From the NCBI GenBank assembly GCA_963707985.1, contig CAVPRW010000020.1, positions 32,001-96,000 on the forward strand: a DNA stretch of 64,000 nucleotides, given 5' to 3'. Under the pieces are notes generated by a model that saw only the letters and a list, made by a program, of their open reading frames with translations, did no database searches and had not been told where the DNA came from. The position numbers and the translations under genes are program-made. The stretch is from an uncultured Nitrospinota bacterium (GTDB lineage Bacteria; Tectomicrobia; Entotheonellia; J063; CAVPRW01). Below are positions 29,921-41,956 of this stretch, piece by piece; position 1 is the stretch's first letter; each line of letters starts with the position of its first letter.

Positions 29921-31058
29921 ATGCGACAGGCTTACTCATTCTCAGGTATTGTTATAGGACTACTTATAGGATACACATGTCTAGCCTTCAGCCAAGGCGA
30001 TCCAGAACAAACATGTCGATATCTGTACGAGAAAGTTTACCTTCCATGCAGCGAAGTTGCTCAGGAAGAAGGACTCCAGGCCTGCGAGACCCATGCGCAT
30101 ATTGCAACTGAGGAGGCAGTGAGGACTGGTAGGCTCTCACGTGATCAAGCCAATGTGACAGATGGAATTTGCATAATAGGTTGTCAGATGGGCGAGCGCA
30201 GGCAGATCGCTCCCTACGAAACGTTTCAATCAGTCATCTGTCGTCTTGGGTCACCCAAGGCCACTAGGCCAAAACCAGCTCCTGCACCTACTCCTCCACC
30301 TGCTTCGCGCGCACCCGCCTTTGTCGGCAACTGGAGCGTGTCGAAAAAAGATTCCGAAATTAGGGGACTTCCAGGGTTCCCTTCGAGAATTTTCTCAGCC
30401 GATAGTGAGTGAGTGGAACATCGGGTTCGCTAATGGATCAATCACTATCCTAGAGTTTAGAAAGCCCATGGATATTCATGATGTGAAATACAATGAGAAC
30501 GAGCTCTCGTTCCTGGAAGACTTCGCATTCAACACTCCTGGCCTAGGATATCAAGAAGGGACCACCCAATACTACATCAAGTTCTCGAATCCAAATCGTG
30601 GCCAGGGACAATGGAGACGGCAGGTGACCATAGCGTCTCAGAGAGGTCATAGAACCCTGGAGAGTACGGGGACGCTCGATCTCATCCGAATTCGAGTCGT
30701 GCCGAAACCAGAGTCACCTGAGTTCCCAGAGGTTGAACCTCGCTCCGGCCCGAGTCAACCTATGCCATTTCCCAGAGGTGAGCCTGAGTTCGATCCCAGA
30801 CAACCTATGCCGTTTCCCGAAAGTGGACCTGAACTCGGTCCTTCAGGACCACTCCCACCTTCTATTCGCCAGCGGAACTCCTCCGATGATGCGCGCGAGC
30901 AAGCGGAGTGCAGGAGGCAGTGTACCTCCGTCTGGCAGATGTGTCATAGTGGGTGCCGAAGTGTGATTCACATGGATAAAGAAGACATTGAGCGAGGAGC
31001 TCAATGTCATCGTGAGTGTGACTCTGACAAGCGATCATGTGAAGACTCATGCCGCTAG
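29921..31058 (+). CDS. Secreted Cys-rich/Pro-rich protein, split by one frameshift near 30395
   Basis: Signal peptide, Cys-rich N-domain, Pro linker, QPMPFP repeats, C-terminal Cx3C array; two overlapping ORFs. Confidence 0.6.
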
Positions 31059-31391
31059 CTGGTAGGTGGTCGGGTAAGGAGATGATATCGCTATCATCCT
31101 CCCCGCAAAACCGCGCGGATCCATCACCGAGTACACGGCTCAAAACAGGCACCACGCCGGGCTGCTCGTTGGCAGCCCTTCTCTTTCGGCAACTGGGCAC
31201 ACTTAGACCGTCTAGCAAAAGGAAACCCTTTTGCAAGCCAGAGCCATGCAAGGGCGTATTTACGTAAATACGTCATTCCTCATTACTTAGAAAAGCGTCC
31301 AGGGCGGTCGTGTATGCGCAACGTGCGGCTAATTCAAATTCACTCCAAACCGGGTATGATCAGTCCATTTACCACCTGAGTGAAGGGGCTG

Positions 31392-31600
31392 ATGATGCCA
31401 TCCGACCTGGCTTTTGATCTGTATACGCGTGTTTTCTTCATCCTCCTGTGTCTCCTGGTCTGTCGGTTTTGGCCCGGCGGCAAGCCATCTCCAGCGGTGC
31501 CGAAACCACCCAAAGGAAAACGCGAGCCCAAGCCGTTTGCCGGTTACACGCACAAGCCCGAGTGCGAGTGGTGCGAACAGCCAGGGCCGACGTGCGCCAA
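31392..31600 (+). pseudogene. IS1-family-like transposase N-terminal relic
   Basis: Hydrophobic start followed by KREPKPFAGYTHKPECEWCEQ, recalled as an IS1-type N-terminus. Confidence 0.5.
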
Positions 31601-31735
31601 CTGCTGTGCGTCTGTGGGTCAAGCATGCCCTGATCCCTGTCGGTATGAACCCCTTCCTTGGTTATTCGCGCAGCGCTCCTGCTGACGATCTCCGCGCTCA
31701 CTTCTCCATTTGCTGCCCTTGCCAAAGACTAACTG

Positions 31736-31868
31736 CTTGACTTCAAGTCGCCCCGTGCCTTGGCGCCCAGCATGGTGTCACGACGCGCGGCCCGCGGTCG
31801 CCGAGCGGGGAGCTGGGGCGACGCGGCGGCGGCGCGGGGGGAGAAAAGGGGCTTTATTTTTCCTATCC
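31736..31868 (+). mobile_element. Second IS91-type end fragment with oriIS-like motif abutting GTTC
   Basis: AAAAGGGGCTTTATTTTTCCTATCC followed by GTTC at 31869-31872. Confidence 0.6.
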
Positions 31869-31946
31869 GTTCCCCAGTGCTTTGTGGCAAGCGTACTGGC
31901 TGACGCCCTGTATTTCAGGTTGCGCTTTGGGACTCCTGCCTCAAGT

Positions 31947-32038
31947 AGCCGAACGATTAGCGTTGAGCGGCCGCGAGACCAGCGCTTACAGGAACCCCAC
32001 GCGCCGGCCGCGGTCCGCTGCAACGGCTGGTGGGACGA
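31947..32038 (-). other. attC: attC site of the IS91 transposase cassette
   Basis: AGCCGAAC...GTTGAGCGGCCGCG / CGCGGTCCGCTGCAAC...GTGGGACGA (one mismatch to the complement of TCGTCCAAC at 33496). Confidence 0.8.
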
Positions 32039-32265
32039 CCCGCGCACCGAGTCGGGCACCACGGGCCTATGGAAGTTAGACCGGCCGAGCAACCCTCAAC
32101 GGACCGGTCGCGGGTGGCCAGTCGCACCACAGCGCCGGGGGGGTGCCGAGTCCCCGCTGGACGGTCTCGTGTGATGGCCGACGGGCTTCTTCCATGGCAG
32201 CGTGTGCCGCGCCGTCAGGGCAGACGCCTGCCTTCGCCCGCGCGAGCAGCCGCCTGGCCCCCGGG

Positions 32266-33453
32266 TCACGCCACGACCTCCCAAGGGATGGCGCTCGGCG
32301 GGGGAATCCTCAACGGCAGGATCACACCGCGGCACACCAGCTGGCGACCACACCGCGGACAGCGTTCGGGATGGGCGTCGCCACGGGCCTGGCACGCGGT
32401 CTGCCAGGCCAGCACCGCCGGCGGGACCACCGGCCCTTGCCCTAGGGACGCCCGGCAGATGGCCAAGGCCATCCCCTTGGTCGGCGCGTACAACCCATAG
32501 CACCGGACGACCCGAGTGCCAGGCGGTGGCACATGCCGCAGATACCGCCGGATCAACTCTTCGATGGACAGACGCATGCGTCCCGGTCGGCCGCTTTGCC
32601 CCCCAACCTCGTCCCCGTTCAGCCGATAGCGGAAGGTCACCACGCCCTGCGCACACGCGACCAGCCGCTGGTTGGCGCAGGGCCCTCCACGGATAGAGCG
32701 GGCCCAAGACGTGAGCACCCCTACGCCAGGCGGATACCGCTCCCGGATGTGCACGTGCCACGTCGTGCGGCCCAGCTGGTTGAGGCGATTCTCCATCTGC
32801 TGGCGGCTCTGACCCTCCGGCCACGTGCGCTGGTCCTGCCCCAACCCCTGCCGGAGCGCCGCCAGGAGTTGCCCGCGACACACCGCCATCACCACGCGCA
32901 CCGGCAGCAGAAACCCATGCCGTACGGGGCGCCAGTGCCCCGCGTCCGTGAGCCCCCCACCGGTCACCAAACAGTGGCGATGCGGGTGCAACAGCAACGT
33001 CTGACTCCAGGTATGCAGCGCGGCGATGAGGCCAGGACAGGCGCCCCGATACTGCTCGTCGCCGAGCCGTTCGTCCAGCGTCTCGTGCCCCGTGGCACAC
33101 AGCAGCTGCGTCATCGCGGCGACGTTGGCCAGCCAAAGGTCATTCAGCTCATGCGGCCTGGTGAAAATGCCATGGTCATGGTCACAGGCCAGCAACCGGG
33201 CCTTCTGGCGCACCAGCCAGCGCTCGACCTGCAGCCAGGCACATGGCGGACACAACCGATGGCGACAGGAGTTGTACCACACCCGTTCGACATGCCCCTC
33301 CGGACAGGCTTGGATGTGACCCCCTAACACCGCGGTGCGACACCCCAGCAGCGCCCACGCCGCCTTCCGCACCTAGGCCGACAGCGCATGACAGCGTTCG
33401 AACGCCGCGTAGCCGTGTTGCAAAATCTGCTGTCCCGTGAGCGCTGCCACCAC
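32266..33453 (-). pseudogene. IS91-family (Y2/HUH) transposase, inactivated; first integron cassette
   Basis: Zn domain CPEGH...YNSCRHRLCPPC; LHTWSQTLLLHPHRHCLVTGGG; in-frame TAG at 33373-33375; catalytic YxxRY reads SWARS. Confidence 0.9.
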
Positions 33454-33495
33454 CGCTCCTTCAGCCTCGTCCCCTCGTCCCCCGCTCCTGCGGGT

Positions 33496-33580
33496 TCGTC
33501 CAACAGTGCAATCAGCGGAAAGTTGTCTGTCATATCACCCCCTATAGGTGGACAGATTTTCCGCTTATTGTAATATTAAT
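33496..33580 (-). other. attI: Putative attI site
   Basis: Bottom-strand GTTGGAC (GTTRRRY) at 33504-33498, between intI and the first cassette; AT-rich upstream region. Confidence 0.65.
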
Positions 33581-33670
33581 CGCAAGATATGGAAAATTAG
33601 CCTGCTTGCTGTCCATGTATTGCGTTTTTCCTTGTTGGTTTCCACCTATTGCGATATTATGTCACAGGTT

Positions 33671-34681
33671 ATGGAAAGTCAAAAGAATACTCAACCGAAA
33701 TTTCGCCCGAATCCCGGCCTCAAGCTGATGGACCAGGTGCGCGAGGTACTCCGCTATTATCACTACGCCTACCGCACCGAGCAGACCTATGGCCAGTGGA
33801 TACTGCGCTATATCCATTACTTCGGCGGCAAGACCCATCCGAACAGGCTCGGGGCACAGGATGTGGAGCGCTTTCTCTCCCACCTTGCCACTGAGGGCCA
33901 GGTGTCGGCCTCCACCCAGCGGCAAGCCCTGAACGCCCTGGTGTTGCTCTACCGGGATGTCCTGCACAAGCCCCTTGAGAGCGAGATCGCCCCTGTCCGC
34001 AGCAAACGCCAACCAAGGCCGCCCACTGTGCTCACCCAGGCGGAGGTCCAGCGGCTGCTCGCCGCCATGACGGGCAGGCACGCCCTCATGGCGAGGCTGC
34101 TCTATGGCAGCGGCCTGCGCCTGCTGGAGTGTATCCGCCTGCGCATCCAGGACGTGGACTTCGGCCAGCACCTCATCTTCGTCCGGGGCGCCAAGGGCGG
34201 GAAGGACCGGACGACCCTCCTACCCCGGAACCTGGGGGCAGCGCTGCAGGCGCAGATCGAGGCGGTGAAAGCCCTCCATCACCAGGACCTTGAAGAAGGA
34301 TGCGGAGACGTGTACATCCCCGAAGCGCTGGCCAGGAAATACCCAAAGGCCGCGCGGGAGACCGGCTGGCATTGGGTGTTTCCTGCCCGTGCGCGCGCCC
34401 TGGACCCGCGCTCGGGCCGGGAGATGCGCCATCACGTGCTCGAATCCGGCCTGCAAAAGGCGGTGAAACGGGCCGCGCAGCAGGCCGGGATTGACAAGAA
34501 GGTCGGCTGCCACACCCTGCGCCACAGTTTCGCGACCCATATGCTGGAGCACGGGGTCAACATCCGCGTGCTCCAGGAACTGCTCGGGCATGCAGATGTG
34601 AAGACCACCGAGATGTACACCCACGTCATGGCGCGGGACATCCGGCAATTACAAAGCCCGCTGGACCGCTTACAGGACTGA
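33671..34681 (+). CDS. intI: Integron integrase
   Basis: VSASTQRQALNAL, LYGSGLR, GAKGGK, IntI-specific insertion VYIPEALARKYP...WHWVFPA, HTLRHSFATH, LGH, YTHV; divergent from the cassette array. Confidence 0.96.
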   Translation: MESQKNTQPKFRPNPGLKLMDQVREVLRYYHYAYRTEQTYGQWILRYIHYFGGKTHPNRLGAQDVERFLSHLATEGQVSASTQRQALNALVLLYRDVLHKPLESEIAPVRSKRQPRPPTVLTQAEVQRLLAAMTGRHALMARLLYGSGLRLLECIRLRIQDVDFGQHLIFVRGAKGGKDRTTLLPRNLGAALQAQIEAVKALHHQDLEEGCGDVYIPEALARKYPKAARETGWHWVFPARARALDPRSGREMRHHVLESGLQKAVKRAAQQAGIDKKVGCHTLRHSFATHMLEHGVNIRVLQELLGHADVKTTEMYTHVMARDIRQLQSPLDRLQD

Positions 34682-34993
34682 CCGCCGTTGCCGGAGCGCT
34701 GCGACCAGCCTTGCCCCCGCATCGTCATGCATCCGACCGTGTCAGACAACACGCGAGACCTAGGCTACAGGGCCATGGGGGTCAGGATTGGTGCGCCGGT
34801 CAAAATCGACAGGCAAGCGTGCGTGAATGTCTCAGACGATGCAGCGAAGATGGCGGGGCAGGTCTACACATGTGACATCATCAGCGTGGTGGCCAGGACA
34901 TACATTCAACCGAACTAGTTCTCCTCAACATGGTGGCGATGACTCGACATCACTGCATCATGGGCCATTTCTCCTGATGGGCCAAACAAATAC

Positions 34994-35503
34994 TTAAGTA
35001 TGACGAGCAAGGGTGAAGCGCCAGCGCTCGCCCAGCGTCGCAAAATCGCGGTAGCCCAGAAAGAGGATCGGTTCCCCTAGGGCTGGGCGTCGTCGCCGGT
35101 GCACATGGACGACGTCGCACACAAAAGGCACATGGTCGCCGGCAGGCTCCTGAAGCTCGGTGACCACCGTGAGCTCAAAGGCCGCATAGATGCCTTCTAC
35201 CACTCCCGTGTGCTTGAGCTGCTGCGCTGGTGTCAGGTGGAAACCCAGGCGCTCGGCCTTCCTGGCTCTGCGCCCGCTCAGATACCCTGCGCGCACCACG
35301 CGCTCACACTCGCTCCATGGCAAGAAGTTGAGCACCGCCTCTCGGTGCTCTCGTAAGAGGCTCAGTGTATGATTCTTCCGGTCCATGGCGATGAGCAGGC
35401 GGAAAGGTTCCTTGGAGATAGGGGTCCACCAAGCCATCGGCATCAGATTACTGGCCACCGTCAGCAGCGCCAGGTGCATCGGGTAGAAACCGGAGTAATA
35501 CAC
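34994..35503 (-). CDS. Flavin reductase-like (split barrel) protein
   Basis: NLMPMAWWTPISKEP, GDHVPFVCDV. Confidence 0.75.
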   Translation of the reverse strand: MYYSGFYPMHLALLTVASNLMPMAWWTPISKEPFRLLIAMDRKNHTLSLLREHREAVLNFLPWSECERVVRAGYLSGRRARKAERLGFHLTPAQQLKHTGVVEGIYAAFELTVVTELQEPAGDHVPFVCDVVHVHRRRRPALGEPILFLGYRDFATLGERWRFTLARHT

Positions 35504-35572
35504 GTAATACTCGCTTTCAGGGAGGCGGAGGCACCGGCATCAAGGTGCAATCGATCGGTCAGAGACTCTGGA

Positions 35573-36464
35573 CTAGGTATCCTGACTATCTGGAGGTAAC
35601 TGCACCTCAGCAGTGGCCTGCGCCAACAGCGGCGCATATCCTTCACGAAAGGTCGGATAGTGGAATATGTAGCCCGACGCGATGAGCTGATCATGACGAC
35701 AACGTTTGTTGGTCCGAAGGCGACGGCTGTCCACGCCTGACGAGGGCCTCGACGCGGGGTGGCGGGGCACCAAGCTGGGCCGCCAACCAGCGGAGGAGAT
35801 TGCAGTAATCGGCCGGCTCGTGGTCCACGCCGATGTAGCAGGCATTCGGCTGGGGTAATGTCATCAAATGATGTAAGGCCCCGGCGCAGTCATCACGATG
35901 GATGCGGTTGGTATAGAGCGGGGGGCCCTCTCTGCAGGTGGCGAGCCCTTGACGGACGCGCTCGATCAAGCTGCTGCGCCCGGGGCCATAGATGCCACCC
36001 AGGCGCAGCACCGTGGCCGGAAATGGCCCATCCAGCAGCACCCTCTCCCCTTCTAACACGCGGCGACCACTAAAATGCTGTGGTTCGGTGGGAGACGTTT
36101 CATCCACCCATTCGCCAGTCGATTGCGCATACACCGCGGTGCTAGAGGTCAACAAGACTCGCCGTGGCGATTGCTGCTGGCGTACCAGTGCCTCCAATAC
36201 ATAGTGCAGGCCGTCGACGTAAATGGCGCGATACGCCGCCTCCTCCGAACCATTCGGTGCTGCGGTGTAAAACACAACGTCCAGCGCCGGTGGCAGGTCC
36301 TGGAGCGTCTCTGGGGCAGTCAAATCCGCTGCTACATGGCGGATACCCGAGGGGAGTCCCTCGGCTGACCGTCGTATGCCCCAGACAGTATGCCCTGCGG
36401 CTGCTAAGCGCAGGCCAAGAGCCGTACCCACGTAGCCACAACCAGCAATAAGAATGGTCGCCAT
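35573..36464 (-). CDS. NAD-dependent epimerase/atypical SDR (YeeZ-like); frameshift near 35740
   Basis: GCGYVG, SSTAVY, LRLGGIYGPGR, NRIHRDD; C-terminal NKRC...YPTFREGY in another frame. Confidence 0.85.
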
Positions 36465-36578
36465 AACGGATCTATCCTTGGCTGCTGTCCTGACAGAACG
36501 ATTCGATGATCGAGATCCCGAGCGGGCCGAAACTCGTACTCCCCACGATCGACCGCCACCCCGGCGATGACAGCTCGG

Positions 36579-37295
36579 TCACGAAGCCGGCATCCGCGCC
36601 ATCGTCGATGGTGTCTCGTGAAAAGCCCTCTTGGGAGAAGACAGGTCTTTACCCACGATGCCGGAGGAGATGATGAACTTGAAGGCATCCTCGACCGTAT
36701 AGTCGACATCGATGACATCCTCAGGCTTAACCATAGCTAGATAGCCCGTGGTTGGGTTCGGCGTGGTCGGGATATAGACGGTGAGGATCGTCGGTGATAG
36801 CGTCAGATTCATGGTATCACGGCGTTCTGAGGCCACAAAGCCCATGGTCCATATCCCCTGACTGGGATATTGGATGAGGATGACGCGCTGAAAGCTGCGC
36901 CGTGGGCCCTGGAACGTGTCGACCATTTGCTTGACGGCGCCATAGATGCTTTTGACCAGCGGCAGCCGCAAGATCAGGGTATCGATGGCCTGTAGGATTC
37001 GGCGTCCGAGAAAATTCGCCCCAAACAGGCCAAGAAAAAAAATCACCGCCAGCGACAGCAAAAAATTGATCAGCGGGACCAAAGGTTCGGCCCAGGCATA
37101 GCGGTTGAGGTCGAGCAGGCGGAACAATCCCCTCATCAGTGGCGCACCAGCGTTTGTAAAGATGTTGAACAAGAAGGTGATGAGCACATAGGTCACGAAG
37201 AGGGGGATAAGAATCAGTAATCCCGCCAAGAAGGTTCGTCGAATGAAGCGGGAGCTGGGGTCTTTGGGCATCTGGTCAGCACCTCCGGCATCCAT
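36579..37295 (-). CDS. DUF502 family membrane protein
   Basis: FLAGLLILIPL, PLVKSIY, YIPTTPNPTTGY, IISSG. Confidence 0.9.
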   Translation of the reverse strand: MDAGGADQMPKDPSSRFIRRTFLAGLLILIPLFVTYVLITFLFNIFTNAGAPLMRGLFRLLDLNRYAWAEPLVPLINFLLSLAVIFFLGLFGANFLGRRILQAIDTLILRLPLVKSIYGAVKQMVDTFQGPRRSFQRVILIQYPSQGIWTMGFVASERRDTMNLTLSPTILTVYIPTTPNPTTGYLAMVKPEDVIDVDYTVEDAFKFIISSGIVGKDLSSPKRAFHETPSTMARMPAS

Positions 37296-37364
37296 AACTA
37301 ACAGCCTATTCTAAACAGACCAGAAGCTGGGGGGAAAGTCAAGTCCGTTGGCCGTTGGATCGCT

Positions 37365-38381
37365 TTACTTCCCTTGCTGCAGCTTTTTCAATTGCTCTAC
37401 GAAGGCGGCACACGGATCGTCATCATCGACCCGCGGCGTAAACCAGACATAATCAAAGGGTAATGCGGGCCGACCAAACCGCGCCGTGTAGGCAGTGGGG
37501 TCGAGCTTGTCACGGCTGACCTCCAGGAACGCGACACTCATCACGCTCGCCTGTGGCGTAATCCTGGCGAGGTACGTTGGAATACCGTAATCGCGACGCA
37601 CATGTCCCGCACCGGCGATCAGCACGGCCCCGTCCTGTTGGCCCGCCGCGGCGAGGTTCTCGGCCATCTGTGCGTCGCGGGCGCGCTGCACCAGGAGCAT
37701 GGCGTTAACTTGCGTGTCAGAGGCATAGCCACAGTGTGCCTCGCGGATCTCCTCCACCATTACCCCTTGTATATCGGGAGCGAGCGCTCGATCCAAGCCG
37801 TGTCTGATGGCCAATGCCGTGTCCAAGGCGGCTGCACCGCTCTGCCCTAGAGATCGCGCCGTGGTTGGGGCCAGATTCGTGGCGATAATCGGTAAGTTCG
37901 CTTGCAGCGCTGCTTCGGCAATCGGTTGATACATCGCCCAGGCGGGCCAGCCACTGCGCTGCCAATTGACGGCCTCGGCAAGGCCAGCGGCGTCGGTGGG
38001 ATGTGCAGCCAACTGGCGGGTGAGCGCTGGCAAGTCATCAACGGTGAACATCTCAAAGCCTACCGCAGGACGCTGACCAGCGGCAATCAGCGCACCTAGC
38101 AGCCAGGCCTGCAGTCGATGATGGTCGGGGTTATCGTGTTTTTCGCCCAGGAGCACAAAGCGACCAGGCCTCAGACGGTCAACCAGCCTAGCACTATCGA
38201 TGAGCTCGCCCGCTGCCACATCCCAGATCCGCCCCACGAGGGGATGGTCTTGTCCAAGGGGCGCTTGCCATGGTTCTTCAGGCGGACCGCCAAGCGCCAA
38301 TCCTGCGAGCAATATCCAGAGCATACAGGCACTCGCGGCCCTGACCAATCTGCATAGATGGTGACAGTCCAAAACACCCAT
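37365..38381 (-). CDS. ChaN-family (DUF399) haem/iron uptake-like protein
   Basis: LLGEKHDNPDHH, GFEMF, Y-x-PI, HCG, QRARD, AGAGHVR. Confidence 0.85.
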   Translation of the reverse strand: MGVLDCHHLCRLVRAASACMLWILLAGLALGGPPEEPWQAPLGQDHPLVGRIWDVAAGELIDSARLVDRLRPGRFVLLGEKHDNPDHHRLQAWLLGALIAAGQRPAVGFEMFTVDDLPALTRQLAAHPTDAAGLAEAVNWQRSGWPAWAMYQPIAEAALQANLPIIATNLAPTTARSLGQSGAAALDTALAIRHGLDRALAPDIQGVMVEEIREAHCGYASDTQVNAMLLVQRARDAQMAENLAAAGQQDGAVLIAGAGHVRRDYGIPTYLARITPQASVMSVAFLEVSRDKLDPTAYTARFGRPALPFDYVWFTPRVDDDDPCAAFVEQLKKLQQGK

Positions 38382-39184
38382 GTCGAAACCCCTGAAACGC
38401 GCTACCATCTGACCTATAGCGAGTCGACGTCAAACCAGGGATGCTGTGGCAGCGCCAGTCCACATTTTTCATAGAGGACCAATCCTACCGACCCGAGCAT
38501 CGGCCCAGGAGCCGATAAGGAGCATGGTTAAATCAACATGAACCAAATGTCAAGTTTCGCCCAGGACCGGAATATTAGCAGATTGCAGCCTGAGGACGCC
38601 TGGCCCGATGTGTTAGCCTCAGAGCGCGCCGACGGGGGGTGCAGTGACCGTACCCATCGCACAATTTCCCTCTTGACAGCGAAAGCACATTAGCGGTATA
38701 AATGTAAAATCTTCTTTGCAGTCCATCCCCACATACTGCTTCACCTTTGGGAGGATTATGGATACCATGAGTAGTAGGAGACGGTCCTGGCCACAGATGG
38801 CGATCGGCAGCAATCGTCGTCGTGTGTGCAACGACCGGGACTCTCTAGGGCTCATGGCATCCCTCATGCTCCCCTATGCCCTGTGTACCAGGGCTCCCAG
38901 CGGATTTCTCTTGCGCTAGACACAGGCAGCAAGAGACTCCGTTCCATTCTTGACGAGTTCGTAATCTTTCCCTGTTTTTAGCGTATTGCCGTTCGGCTCT
39001 GTCTTGTGGTGGACGATCTTTGCGGGCAGTGCGCGTTCTCCATGGCTGTGGTAGGCTGCCTCGTCCAGGCCCATGAAGGACGGTATGGGGGCGATTCCAA
39101 TGTTCTCAGTCGTCTCTTACACAACACACCACATGAGATTGTGGTCCGTAGCCATATCAACATAACGAAATTACCACGATGTAA

Positions 39185-41026
<1,842 letters not shown>

Positions 41027-41494
41027 GCCATGTGTGCCCGGCGCACGAGGCGGTGCGAAGACCACTGCCGACGCGTCGGGCTCTCAGTGGGGTTAGCCTC
41101 TGATCTGGTCCACAGATGTGGACGATTTCATCTGCAACATGCAGCACCTTGCACGTCCCTGCTCATTACTCGGTCGGGAACATCGTTCTCCATACGCAAC
41201 CTCGCTAGAATCGTGCAACGGATACGTGCCAGATACGCTGTCGTCTCCGATCGTGGCGCTCCTCTTGCCGCCGTGAGATCACATCCTCTCCTCAGCCTAT
41301 TATATCTTGACGCCATGATAGCACACCGCATGATGCGCCACACATGATAGCTGTGCGATGCAATCTGACGCCCCGGCGGCGACTAAACCTACCGGACTGC
41401 GTCCAGGTGTGATACAGTGCGCACGATCGATCCGCTTGACGGCAAGCGGTGCATTCGAAGCGTCTCAGGATTCGTGTACAGAGAGGAGGGGGGC

Positions 41495-41956
41495 ATGATG
41501 AAGACACTGGTACTCTCGACAGTCGTGATGGCAATGGTATTGCTGGGCGCGGCATCTGGGGTGGTGGCGCAATCCGGCGACGAGGCAGCCGTGTCGCAGG
41601 CTGTTGAAGCGTTCCGCAATGCGGCGCTCAAGGCCGACCGGGGCCAATTCGAGGCACTTACCGCGGACCAGCTCAGCTATGGCCATTCAGCGGGACGGGT
41701 CGAGAACAAAACCCAGTTTATCAACGGCGCGACGAGCGGACAATCGCGTTGGAAGTTCATCACCCTCACGGACCAGACCATCCAAATTGTCGGCAATACC
41801 GCCATCGTGCGGCACACGTTCACGGGCGAAAGCGAACGTGATGGGAAGACCAACCCGGTGAAGATCGGCGTCTTAATGATCTGGGACAAGCAAGACGGCA
41901 AATGGAAGCTGCTGGCGAGGCAGGCTGTGAGGCTCGAAGAACCACGAACCAATTAA
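41495..41956 (+). CDS. Secreted NTF2/DUF4440 family protein
   Basis: Signal peptide; LSYGHSAGRVENK; WKLLARQA. Confidence 0.85.
   Translation: MMKTLVLSTVVMAMVLLGAASGVVAQSGDEAAVSQAVEAFRNAALKADRGQFEALTADQLSYGHSAGRVENKTQFINGATSGQSRWKFITLTDQTIQIVGNTAIVRHTFTGESERDGKTNPVKIGVLMIWDKQDGKWKLLARQAVRLEEPRTN

Noticed and set aside
23401..32038. Spaced palindromic repeats as a CRISPR array
   Set aside because: The repeats are of variable length, separated by whole genes and bounded by GTT/AAC cores. They are attC sites, and there are no cas genes.
33522..34750. 10-bp inverted repeat GTTGTCTGTC / GTCAGACAAC flanking intI as element ends
   Set aside because: Short, with one mismatch and no target duplication; could be chance.
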